64,000 nt of DNA from positions 5,152,001-5,216,000 of the forward strand of contig CBDCOX010000002.1 of the NCBI GenBank assembly GCA_965219995.1, given 5' to 3'. The position numbers and the translations under genes were made by a program. The DNA comes from Candidatus Latescibacterota bacterium. GTDB taxonomy: Bacteria; Latescibacterota; UBA2968; GCA-2709665. Numbering within the stretch: position 1 is the first letter of the stretch; every line of letters begins with the position of its first letter. This document shows positions 12,097 through 21,553 of this stretch, in pieces. Below the pieces are notes generated by a model, which was not told the origin of the DNA, made no database searches, and worked only from the letters and a program-made list of their open reading frames with translations.

Positions 12097-12160
12097 GGCG
12101 CTTGCGCCTTTGCAGTTTCGCGTCAGCGAAACTCCCAACGCGACCGTCAGGTCGCGCTAG
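12093..12160 (-). repeat. Dispersed double-hairpin element, copy 1 (intergenic)
   Basis: Reverse complement CTAGCGCGACCTGACGGTCGCGTTGGGAGTTTCGCTGACGCGAAACTGCAAAGGCGCAAGCGCCTTAG matches 36686-36752. Confidence 0.85.
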
Positions 12161-12181
12161 AACCCGTCCTGACCGCACGCC

Positions 12182-13173
12182 TCAGCGCATCAGCCACCGC
12201 AACGAGTCGGCGAAGATCGCGCCGCCGTGGTACAGGCTGTGGCCGCCCTCGCCGAAGACGTAACGGTCTCGTACCCCGCGTACTCGAGCGCCGAGGCCAT
12301 CAGCCGGTTCGCGAGCGGCCAGTTGCCGAAGATGATGTCGAGGTCTCGCTTCCCGCTCTGCAGGAACACCCGGAGGGGCTTCCTGGGCGTCGACCGGATG
12401 AGATACGGATAGTTGTGGCCGCCCCGGATGTTCACGAAGGACCCCACGTGAGAGAGCACCCGGCCGAACGCGGACGGATCGTGCCAGGCCGCGTTGAACG
12501 CGCAGATGCCACCGCTCGATATGCCACAGATCAGGCGCTTCGACGGATCCTGCGCGAACCGCACGCCGGCCTCCGACTCCACGAACGGCAGGAGTTCGTC
12601 GACGAGGAACCGCACGTGCGCAGCCGTCACGGCGTCGTACTCCATGCTGCGATTGATCGTGGCTTCGTCCTCCGTCATTCCCGGGCGCCGGCCCGGCATG
12701 ACGAACACCGCGACCGTCGGCGGCAGTTCCCCCGCGTGGATGAGCGAGTCGAGCACCGCCGTGACCCGCACCGCGCCTTTCGGGTCGAGGTACAAGTCCC
12801 CATCCAGGAACACCATGAGCGAAGGCGCCGCCACGGACTCGAGCTGCTCCGGCAGGTATACCCAGACGTCACGGACAGTCCCCCGGTAGATCCGGGTCCT
12901 GTCCCAACCGAGGAACTCGCGCACGGTACCGCGCGGAACGTCCGGCCCCGGATGCGCCTCGGGACCCGGGTGGTACTGCCGGTCCCCCGGCACGTCCAGC
13001 GCGTCGAGCGCCTCCATGTTGGAGCGGCCGTTCACCTCGGCGTCGAGGCCCAGCTCCAGGAAGGACCTGTCGAGTCCCAGGCGGCGGAAGTCTTCGACCT
13101 CCATCGCCAACGCCGGCACGCCCGCTGCCGCCAGCGCACCCATCAGGCTACGTCTCGTGATCCCGATCGTCAC
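12182..13173 (-). CDS. Enterochelin-esterase-like alpha/beta hydrolase with Tat-like signal (frameshift near 12265)
   Basis: TRRSLMG twin-arginine motif, GISSGG nucleophile elbow, PRKPLRVFLQSG. Restoring one C gives the C-terminus VFGEGGHSLYHGGAIFADSLRWLMR. Confidence 0.82.
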
Positions 13174-13290
13174 TCCCACTCTCCGTCTCGTATCCCCTGC
13201 CGGGTTCCCGAGATTCTCGCACCGACGAGGGTGCGTCGAAACCGGCCGGGCCGGTAGCCCGGTCCCGGCCAAGACTTGGGAGCTTCGCCG

Positions 13291-14814
13291 ATGTTGCAAG
13301 GATTCCTGGCCAGGAAGTCTCGCGAGAACCTGGACACGTTGACCGGCGAAGTCGGAAACGCCCTCTCCGCGGTGACGTTGGGGTTCGTTTCTCCCGGGAC
13401 GGAAAAGAAGATGTACTGGTGGGGCGTACCCAGTCTCGGCCTCATGGGCGTGAGCGACTTCCTCACGCTCTTCCTGCTCTACTACTACAACCAGATTCTC
13501 GGGCTATCCGCCGTCCTGGCGGGACTCGCCCTATTCATTTGCGTGGTCTTCGACGCCGTTTCGGATCCTGTCATCGCTTACTGGTCCGACAGGCACAAGG
13601 GGAAATACGGCAGGCGAATACCGTTCATGTTGGTCGGCATCGCTCCGATGACCCTCTCCTGCCTCGCTCTCTTCGTCCTGCACCCCGGAGACGCACAGTG
13701 GATACTGTTCGTGCAACTGACTGTCCTGATGTCCATATTCCAGGTCGCCAATACGGCCTTCGCGGTACCAAGACTTGCTCTGGGCGTGGAGCTGTACAAG
13801 GACTATTCGAAACGGAACCAGCTACTGGGTACCGACCGGATCTTCGAGATCTCCGGAACCGCCGTCTGCGTATGTCCGATCCTCTTCCTGATGCCCGATT
13901 GGGATCAGGCACACCTTTATCCCTGGGCAGCCCTCTGGGTCTGCTGCCTCCTGGGTTGGTCGCTTTACCTGGGGACGGTGAGGCTCAGCGCGGTCGAGAG
14001 CAACCTGCTTGAGCTGGATCGGACCGGAAAGGTCTCCGACTTTTCCTTTCCGATGCTGGCGAAAGAAATCAGGGCGTTGCTTTCCAATCGCAACTGGATG
14101 ACCTTGCTCATCGCGTTCCTGTTCATCAGCGTCAACGGCGGCATCCAGACGAGCGATCAGGTCTATTTGAACAATCACCTGTTTCAGTTCGACCCCCGCG
14201 ATCTGTTTTGGGCGACCCCCCTGCAACTTGGCGGAGGCGCCATCGCCGCCGTCCTGACCTGGCGTATCGCAACGGGGAGAAGCAAGCGGAACCTGGTGCT
14301 GATTTCCAGCGGACTGAGCTTTTTCGTCTCCCAGCTACTGATCGGGCTGATGGCCATGGACTACTACTTTGGCTACACCCTGGTACCCGATGCCGGAGGC
14401 GGGGTGCTGAGTCCCCTGTGGTGGATCTGGGCGTTTCACGGTTGCCTCAACGGGGCGATCTGGACCTTCTTCATGATACTGGTGGTGTCCATGTTCGCCG
14501 ACGTCGTGGAGGAACATCAGGCGTCGACCGGGCCGAGATCGGACGGGCTTGTCCTGGTGGGCCGCAATCTCGTCACGAAGCTGATCGCGAGCGTCGGCGT
14601 CCTGCTCGCCGGCTTCATGATCAGTTGGGCAGGATTCGACGATGCAACCACCGCCGAGGCGAAGGAAGTAGCGGTCTACAAGTTCGTGGTGATCAAGATC
14701 GCCGTTACCGCCGTGTTGATTCCCATGGCCGTGTTCTTCTTGGCGAGATACTCTCTGACCGAAGCTCAGCATCGAGCCAATCTGAGGAAACTGGGGTACG
14801 AGAAACAGATTTGA
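13291..14814 (+). CDS. MFS transporter, GPH (Na+/melibiose symporter-like) family
   Basis: FDAVSDPVIAYWSDR..GRRIPF and SMFADVVE motifs, many hydrophobic helices. Start position uncertain. Confidence 0.85.
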   Translation: MLQGFLARKSRENLDTLTGEVGNALSAVTLGFVSPGTEKKMYWWGVPSLGLMGVSDFLTLFLLYYYNQILGLSAVLAGLALFICVVFDAVSDPVIAYWSDRHKGKYGRRIPFMLVGIAPMTLSCLALFVLHPGDAQWILFVQLTVLMSIFQVANTAFAVPRLALGVELYKDYSKRNQLLGTDRIFEISGTAVCVCPILFLMPDWDQAHLYPWAALWVCCLLGWSLYLGTVRLSAVESNLLELDRTGKVSDFSFPMLAKEIRALLSNRNWMTLLIAFLFISVNGGIQTSDQVYLNNHLFQFDPRDLFWATPLQLGGGAIAAVLTWRIATGRSKRNLVLISSGLSFFVSQLLIGLMAMDYYFGYTLVPDAGGGVLSPLWWIWAFHGCLNGAIWTFFMILVVSMFADVVEEHQASTGPRSDGLVLVGRNLVTKLIASVGVLLAGFMISWAGFDDATTAEAKEVAVYKFVVIKIAVTAVLIPMAVFFLARYSLTEAQHRANLRKLGYEKQI

Positions 14815-14910
14815 GCAAGCTGATCGCAACCCAGAACCCTGTCTCGATCCTCGAGGACACCCGCCTGCAATAGAACAGGCGGGGATACCGGCCACCTCGC
14901 GTGTTGCGTC

Positions 14911-15606
14911 CTAGCGTCCCCCGCGGCCGCGCTCCTGGGCCTCCCGGCGTTGCCGCCGCTCGGCCAGCCGTTGCTTCTCGGCGCGCGACTGCTCCACGGT
15001 ACGCACCCACTCCGCGCACCACGCCGCCATTTCGTTGGCCGGCAGCCGCGAGACGATCTCGCCGCGTTCGAGCACACACTGCTCGACCGGTTGCGGAATC
15101 CCCAGCGAGTCCGGGCGCGAGTTGTCGAGCACTTCCAGTTGGTCAAACTGCTCGACGGTACGACGCAGATTCGACAGCGAATAGCGGTAACGCTCCGGCA
15201 CCCGCCCGGGATCCACCCGGTGCCCGGTGTGCTCCAGTACCCGCCGCTCGATCCGCGCCACGTTGATCTCGGGGGACTCCGTGCCGATGTAGATGCCCTC
15301 GATGCGGTAGTGGGCACGCCGCACCCGCTCGACCATCTCCCGGCCGGGCCGGCCAGAATAGGTGCTCTCGATACCGAAGCTCATGCGTGCCTGGAGCGCC
15401 GTGCCGACTTCCTCGTCGACGTACCGACGTGTGCGCTGCCGCGCATCCTCGCTATCCCAATCCCCGATGCCGCCCGCAATGGAATCCTGGTCAAAGTACC
15501 GGTCTGGCAACCGGTCGTAGTTGGCGCGCTTCCAGGCGCTCTTGCCAGAGCCGTTGCACCCCATGACGATGGTGAACACAGGCCGGGAGTCAAGTTGATC
15601 AGCCAT
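14911..15606 (-). CDS. Zeta-toxin-like P-loop kinase/ATPase
   Basis: VMGCNGSGKS Walker A, SFGIESTYSG, INVARIERRV..GH, EVLDNS. Confidence 0.8.
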   Translation of the reverse strand: MADQLDSRPVFTIVMGCNGSGKSAWKRANYDRLPDRYFDQDSIAGGIGDWDSEDARQRTRRYVDEEVGTALQARMSFGIESTYSGRPGREMVERVRRAHYRIEGIYIGTESPEINVARIERRVLEHTGHRVDPGRVPERYRYSLSNLRRTVEQFDQLEVLDNSRPDSLGIPQPVEQCVLERGEIVSRLPANEMAAWCAEWVRTVEQSRAEKQRLAERRQRREAQERGRGGR

Positions 15607-15908
15607 TTTCAGCCCCGGAGCGGGAGTTTCCCGGGTGCGGGCTGGAGACGATCGTCCAGTGCTTCCCGCTGGCGCACGATGTACAAGCGCTCCGCCGATC
15701 GCATGTTCGTTTGCGGAAGCTCGACCATGCGCTCTGCTCAGTGAGGCCGCGGCCGCCGCGCAGGTCCCGGAGCCGGGCCGTACGGGACCGGTAGAACTGT
15801 CGCGCCTCGTCGACCCCGCGTCGGTACCCCACCGGATCGAGCACCTTGCCCGCCAGGCGAATCGCGACGTCCACCTGCTCCCATGTCTTCTACCCTTCTG
15901 CCCGGGGG

Positions 15909-16196
15909 TCAGTCGGCCTCGGCCGTCACCGGATCGATCATGCGCTTGACCGGCGTGACCACGCTCGCCGGGAAGCCGCTGCGCTCCGCGTGCTCGTCGA
16001 TCAGGGCGGGGTCGTCTGCGATGTAGATGCAGAACGTCTTGTCGCCGGCGACGTAGGAGTGCTCCCACTGGATGTTCTTGTTCTCGGCCTTCATCTCGGC
16101 CAGCACGCCGTTCGACTTCTGGGACGCCTCGCGCAGCGCGTCGCGCTCGGCCGATCCGATCTCCGGGATGTCTCTCTCGATCACGTACCTGGGCAT
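15909..16196 (-). CDS. DUF4242 domain protein
   Basis: MPRYVIERDIP...IQWEHSYVAGDKTFCIYIA...EHAERSGFPA; GGAGGAG RBS. Confidence 0.85.
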   Translation of the reverse strand: MPRYVIERDIPEIGSAERDALREASQKSNGVLAEMKAENKNIQWEHSYVAGDKTFCIYIADDPALIDEHAERSGFPASVVTPVKRMIDPVTAEAD

Positions 16197-16260
16197 GGTT
16201 CTCCTCCGGGCTGTTCGTGTCGCTCGACACGGGCGAGCCGGGGAGCCTACGCTAGCCGCG

Positions 16261-16525
16261 ATGCACGCGCCACACCGGGTCATCGACGTCCACGCCCACG
16301 CCGTCCTCGAGGCCGGGTTCGGCGCGGCGGGCAGGCATGGGCCGGAACTCATCGTGGACAGCCGCGGTTCCTCGTCGTTCCGCGTCGGCGAGTTCCGCGA
16401 GGTGCGCAAGCTCTGGTTCGATGCGCAGGTCGAGGGACAGGGGGCGCTCGACCTCTTGATCGAGACCGTCGGACAGGACCGGCTCGCGTACGGCACGAAC
16501 TTCGGCGGCTGGGATACGCCTAAAA
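16261..16525 (+). pseudogene. Amidohydrolase_2 family remnant with a large internal deletion
   Basis: N-terminal VIDVHAH is joined within about 45 codons to C-terminal motifs LWFD...VGQDRLAYGTNFGGWD. Confidence 0.6.
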
Positions 16526-16645
16526 CGCTAGCGCTAGCCCATGCGCCCACAGGCATTCCCCGGACCGCGACCCGGCACGGTCGCCAAGCAACCTCCGAAC
16601 GCTAAAATTGCGGCCTCACCACCGTTGCGGGACAGGACGGATTGA

Positions 16646-17968
16646 ATGAACCGAACTGAGCTCGCCGAACTGATTCGGAACGGCGAAAACTCGGGCGTCG
16701 AGTTCAAACGCGACGACGTGACGCCGCGAAGCCTGGCCAAGGAAATGGCCGCGCTGCTCAATCTCGAGGGTGGCCGTATCCTGCTGGGCGTCGAGGCGGA
16801 TGGCGGCGTCTCCGGCCTGACCCGGGAGCCCGGGAAAAGCGAGGAATGGGTGATGGAGGCAGCGCGGACCCATCTACGGCCGTCGGCCACCCCGTTCTGG
16901 GAAACCGTCTCCTGGACCGATTCCACAACGGTAGGGATCGTCTCCGTTCCCGCCGACGCACCCGACAAGCCCTACAAGTATAAGCGTGGTTCGGCATGGG
17001 TTACGCAGATCCGTGCCGGTACGACGTCACGCGATGCAACCGACGAAGAAGAAGCACGCCTGTACATGCAGTCGGGACGCCTGCAATACGACCGCAAGCC
17101 CGTTCCAGGCACCGGCCTCGAAGACTTGGACATGCGCAGGCTGGTGAACTACTTCCGCGACATGCGCAGGCAGTCCTGCCCCGCTGCCCACGACCACGCG
17201 GCATGGACCCGGCTGCTCGTCAACACCGAGCTCATGCAAGTGGATCGCGGACGCGCGATGCCCAGTGCAGGCGGAATGCTGCTCTTTGGCCCGCGGCCCC
17301 AAAGACACCTACCTCAGGCCGGAATCAGCGCGGCCGCCTACACCGGGACCGAAAAGGACTACGACGCCAGGGCGCGGGCAACCCTGCGGGGCCCCGCGGT
17401 TTCCCTGTACCCGGCCCCGAGCACCGAACCCGGGCACCTTCAGTCGGAGTTGCCGGTTTCCTTTTCGGAAGCCGACAACGCCGTTGAAGACGGGGTCATC
17501 GGGCAAGCGATGGATTTCGTACGCCGCAACATCGAGATCGAAGCCTCGATAGACAGTGGCGGCAGGCGCGTGGAGCGTTGGGACTATCCGATCGAGGCCG
17601 TTCGCGAGGCCATCGTGAACGCCGTCGCGCACCGCGACTACACCATCAGCGTGATGGACATCGAACTCTCGATCTACTCGGACCGGCTGGAGATCATCTC
17701 CCCCGGCCGATTGCCGAACACCGTCACCGTGGAGAAGATGCGCGCAGGCTACCGCGCTTCCCGCAACGAGCTGATCAAGGAGGTGTTGCGGGACTACCGG
17801 TATGTCGAGGCAACCGGTCTGGGCGTGCCGCGCAAGATCGTCGCAAGCATGGCAGCGCACAACGGCACGGATCCCGATCTCGTCGAGGAAGAAAGCCGTT
17901 TCGTCGTGCGTCTGTGGAAGCACCGCCGCGATCCGACCGCCGGCGATCGACCCGCGGGAGCGGCATAG
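16646..17968 (+). CDS. Schlafen/AlbA_2 domain plus HATPase_c_4 (RecG-C-like) protein
   Basis: GENSGVEFK, ALLNLEGGRILLGV, AVREAIVNAVAHRDY, IYSDRLEIISPG and TGLGV motifs. Confidence 0.88.
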   Translation: MNRTELAELIRNGENSGVEFKRDDVTPRSLAKEMAALLNLEGGRILLGVEADGGVSGLTREPGKSEEWVMEAARTHLRPSATPFWETVSWTDSTTVGIVSVPADAPDKPYKYKRGSAWVTQIRAGTTSRDATDEEEARLYMQSGRLQYDRKPVPGTGLEDLDMRRLVNYFRDMRRQSCPAAHDHAAWTRLLVNTELMQVDRGRAMPSAGGMLLFGPRPQRHLPQAGISAAAYTGTEKDYDARARATLRGPAVSLYPAPSTEPGHLQSELPVSFSEADNAVEDGVIGQAMDFVRRNIEIEASIDSGGRRVERWDYPIEAVREAIVNAVAHRDYTISVMDIELSIYSDRLEIISPGRLPNTVTVEKMRAGYRASRNELIKEVLRDYRYVEATGLGVPRKIVASMAAHNGTDPDLVEEESRFVVRLWKHRRDPTAGDRPAGAA

Positions 17969-18061
17969 TGACCATCGCGAGCCAAGAGGTTCGGCAGGCT
18001 CACGCCGGCATCTGTAGCGGTGCCGTCACTCGCGCAGCAAACTACATTAGCACGCTGTTGA

Positions 18062-18290
18062 TCACGCCCCGTCGATGACCATTGTTCTGGCCGGGAGACG
18101 TACCCCGCCGCGTCCGACGCCAGGAACATCGGGCACTCCGCCACGTCGTCCGCCGAGCCGATCCCTTCGAGGGGTACCGCGTTGCCGCGCGACTCGCGTG
18201 TCGCGGGATCCCGGTAGAACCGAGCAGCCACCCGCGCCGATGAACCCCGGCGTGATCGAGTTGACGCGGATGCCATAGACATGCGTGTAG
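18062..18290 (-). pseudogene. SDR oxidoreductase C-terminal remnant
   Basis: GIRVNSITPGFI in one frame and VPLEGIGSADDVAECPMFLASDAAGYVS in another. No Rossmann N-terminus. Confidence 0.6.
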
Positions 18291-18389
18291 TACCCTTCAA
18301 ACGTCAGGTTCGCGAACGACTCGCTGGACATGACAGGGACCGACGACGCGACCGAAGCTCCGAATCAACACCCCCCAAAAGGAGACCTC

Positions 18390-19157
18390 ATGCAACTCGA
18401 CTTCACCGACAAACGCGTCCTCGTCACCGGCGGCACTCGCGGCATCGGCCGGGCGATCGTCGAAGCCTTCCTCGACGCCGGCGCGCGCGTCGCGGTCAAC
18501 GGCAGCACCGGGGAGACCACCGGGAAGGCGGTCGCCGAACTCGACGGCGGCGACCGCGTCGTCGCGGCACCGGGCTCCGTCGGGCCCGAAGCGGCCTGCA
18601 AGTCGATCGTCGACGCCGCCGTCGGCGGGCTCGGCGGGCTCGACGTGCTCGTCAACAACGCCGGCGTCGGAGGCGGCGGGCCCGTGGAGAAGACCGAGGA
18701 GGCGGACTGGGACCGGGTCGTCGACATCAATCTCAAGGGCGTCTTCTTCATGACCAAGCACGCGGTCCCGCATCTGCGAGAGTCGCGCGGCAACATCATC
18801 AACGTCTCTTCGGTGCTGGGGCTGGTCGGTAGCCCGTACGGCTCGCCCTACTCGGCGTCGAAGGCCGGCGTCATCAGCCTGACCCGTTCCCATGCGCTCG
18901 AGTTCGGCAGGGCGAAGATTCGCGTCAACGCGGTCGTTCCGGGGGGCGTCGACACGGACATGCTGCGCGGCCTGGCGCTCAGCTTCGCCGACACCGTGGA
19001 GGCGGGCTACGAGATTCTCGCGAAGGACGCCAAGGCGCAGCGCCGCATCGCCGACCCCAGCGAAATCGCCGGCCCGGTGCTGTATCTCGCCTCGGAGCTC
19101 GCGAGCTTCGTGACCGGCGCCACCCACGTCGTGGACGGCGGCGAAGTCATCGACTGA
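18390..19157 (+). CDS. SDR family oxidoreductase
   Basis: TGGTRGIG, NNAG and YSASK motifs; AGGAG RBS. Confidence 0.93.
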   Translation: MQLDFTDKRVLVTGGTRGIGRAIVEAFLDAGARVAVNGSTGETTGKAVAELDGGDRVVAAPGSVGPEAACKSIVDAAVGGLGGLDVLVNNAGVGGGGPVEKTEEADWDRVVDINLKGVFFMTKHAVPHLRESRGNIINVSSVLGLVGSPYGSPYSASKAGVISLTRSHALEFGRAKIRVNAVVPGGVDTDMLRGLALSFADTVEAGYEILAKDAKAQRRIADPSEIAGPVLYLASELASFVTGATHVVDGGEVID

Positions 19158-19866
19158 CGAAGTCGTAGTTCAGGATCCCGTCGCTGTGCGTGCTGACGCG
19201 CCAGCCGGGCGGGTCGCCGCGTTCCGGTTCGATGGGGCCGAGAGGCATGCGGCGGCCGCCGATCAGAACTTCCCGGATCCGTGACCGGTCGACCAGGACG
19301 GTCACGTCCTCGGACGGGTCCCCGTCGACGATCACGAGATCCGCGAGGCGCCCCGCCTCGACCGCTCCGGTCTCCCCGTCGAGCCGCAACGCCAGGGCGC
19401 AGGCGCTCGTGCCGGCCCGGATCGCCTCCAGCGGCGTGAAGTCGAGGTCCCGGACGAATGTCTCGAGTTCCCGATAGTGCCAGTCCCCGTACGGGGTCGG
19501 CGAGAAGCCGCTCTCCGTCCCGCACAGCAGCGGTACGCCCTCGCTGCGGGCGCGCTTCAGCATCGCCGCGCTGTCCTCGATCTCCCGCCGGAAGATCTCC
19601 TGCAGGCCCGGCGACGCGCGGACCGCCTCCCCGTGGTCGGCGAGGTTCGCCTGGAAGGTGAAGGTCGGGACGATGGGCACCCGCGCCTCGATGACGGCTT
19701 CGAGGGCCTCCTCGTCCATGTACGTCGCGTGCAGGATCAGGTCGAAGCCGGCCCGGGCGATGTTGCGCACGCTGGTGGCGCCCCGGCAATGCCCGACGAC
19801 GGGCGTGTCGAGTTCATGGGCCGTGTCCGCGACGAGGCGCAGTTCGTCGAAGTTCCACACCTGCAG
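19147..19866 (-). pseudogene. Metal-dependent amidohydrolase (prolidase-like), C-terminal half only
   Basis: VVGHCRG, LILHAT, LCGTESG and GAVEAGRLADLVIVDGDP are present. The N-terminal PGLID.HxH half is absent and only about 100 bp separate it from the upstream gene. Confidence 0.65.
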
Positions 19867-19961
19867 CCGAAGGGGGGAACGCCAACACTTCCTTACGCGT
19901 CAGCGGCCGAGGGAGCTTCCCCGGCTGAAGGCTCCCGGGCATCGGGAGCCCGCGCGACGGA

Positions 19962-21401
19962 TTACGCCGCCAGCTCGACCCGCGCCTCGTCCTCGATGCG
20001 CGTGCCCTTGAAGAAGTCCGAGTTCGGCCCGCCGTACAACTGCACGGAATGGGTGAAGGCGAAGTTGCGGAAGTCCGCCTCGTCGATCAAGTCGTACTCC
20101 AACTGCTCGTACGCTTCGGCGGCGGCGTGCCCCATGTCCGTCACGTCCCAGTGCCCGAGGTCGAAGCTCATGATCGCCCGCACCTGCTCGCCGAACGGGT
20201 TGGCCTTGCGGTTGAACGCGAAGCACGCGTGCGGATCGTCGGACTCGCAGCCGAAGTAGAAGTTCGGGATGAAGCGTTCCGGGATGTCTTCCGCCTTCGA
20301 GACGCCCATGGCGGCGAAGTCGTCCCGCACCTCCGGCGGAATGTCATGCCCGTCCATGCCGAGCGCGCGCGGCAGCTGCTCGAGCGTCGCCCGGGTGCCT
20401 CCGTCGCCGTACCGCTCGAAGAGCCCCTTCGCCTGCTCCAGGTCGATGTTGGCCGGGTTCAGGTTCTCGAGGGCCTGCACGTTGCGTTTCTTCCAACGGC
20501 CGACGATGTCCGCGTACAAGCGCGTCCCGCTGACGACGCCGCCCTCGAGCAGGGCGACCCGCAGGTCGGGGAAGCGATACGTCACGCCTCCCATCAGCAG
20601 GCTCTTGGCCAGCACCTCGCCGGCCGCGGCAAAGTGCCCCATATGGTTGTGCATGTAGTTCGAAATGGAACTGCGTTCGTGGAATCCCATGCCGCCGGAG
20701 TGCGCGGCCACCGGGAACCCGAGTTCCACGCACCGCGCCCAGAACGGGTCGTAGTCGTGCTCGCTGTCGACGGACAGGTTGTCGAGCCAGAACACCTCGT
20801 TCGCCAGCTCCGGATACTCCCGCGCCACCCGCGGGACCGGCCGGCGGACGTAGGACGGGATCATCGCCACCTTGAGCCCGAGGGCCCGGGCGTGCTCCAG
20901 CTCCCGGATGCCCTCTTCCGGGGTGTGCAGCGGCACCGCCGCCGCCACCGTCATGCGATCGCCGTACTCGGCGTACGCCGCGGCCGCGTACTCGTTGTAC
21001 GCATGGCAGACCAGTTGGCGGAACTCGTCGTCGGGGATGCCGTGGAAGAACAGCCCCGTGGTCGGATACAGGACCGCGTAATCGAGCCCGAAGTCGTCCA
21101 TCCGCTCGTGGTAGAGCTTCGGCAGCATCGCGGTGCAGCGGTCCAGCGTGTTCTTCGTCGGCAACGCCCACCACGGTCCGCGGATCGCCCGGTTGTCCTT
21201 CCGCTCTTCCCAGTTCATCTGGTACCAGCCGGGGCCGCTACGCCCGCCCCGCATGTGGGTGGCGAAATCGGTGACGGCGTCCTCGCCGCCCGCGGCCTTG
21301 ATGAAGTCCATCAGGACCGGCGTGTATTCGATGATGTGCGAGTCGCCGTCGATCAGCGGATGATCGAGCTTGGCGCGGATTTGCGCTGAGGCCGTCGTCA
21401 T
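19962..21401 (-). CDS. Amidohydrolase_2 family protein
   Basis: LIDGDSH, YDPFWARC.ELG.PVAAH, RFPDLRVALLEGG and DLGHWD motifs. Confidence 0.88.
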   Translation of the reverse strand: MTTASAQIRAKLDHPLIDGDSHIIEYTPVLMDFIKAAGGEDAVTDFATHMRGGRSGPGWYQMNWEERKDNRAIRGPWWALPTKNTLDRCTAMLPKLYHERMDDFGLDYAVLYPTTGLFFHGIPDDEFRQLVCHAYNEYAAAAYAEYGDRMTVAAAVPLHTPEEGIRELEHARALGLKVAMIPSYVRRPVPRVAREYPELANEVFWLDNLSVDSEHDYDPFWARCVELGFPVAAHSGGMGFHERSSISNYMHNHMGHFAAAGEVLAKSLLMGGVTYRFPDLRVALLEGGVVSGTRLYADIVGRWKKRNVQALENLNPANIDLEQAKGLFERYGDGGTRATLEQLPRALGMDGHDIPPEVRDDFAAMGVSKAEDIPERFIPNFYFGCESDDPHACFAFNRKANPFGEQVRAIMSFDLGHWDVTDMGHAAAEAYEQLEYDLIDEADFRNFAFTHSVQLYGGPNSDFFKGTRIEDEARVELAA

Positions 21402-21553
21402 TCTCTTTCCCTCTTGTCCCCTCGTCGCCCGAGTGTACTACGGAGGCAGCAACGCGCCCGCCGGCCCCAGCGGCGCTGCTTCCGCGCCCGGACAAGGGCG
21501 ATCCGCACGCCATGTGCCAGAATCACGACCCCACCGGAGCGGGCCGGAAAGAA

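Noticed and set aside
15599-15885. Antitoxin or UGA-readthrough gene upstream of the zeta-like kinase
   Set aside because: Coding signal switches between frames, with no recognisable motif or redox/SECIS context. Probably a fragment.
16526-16600. Third copy of the double-hairpin element
   Set aside because: Only a GCGACC/GGTCGC stem and nearby CTAG sites match; the second hairpin is absent.
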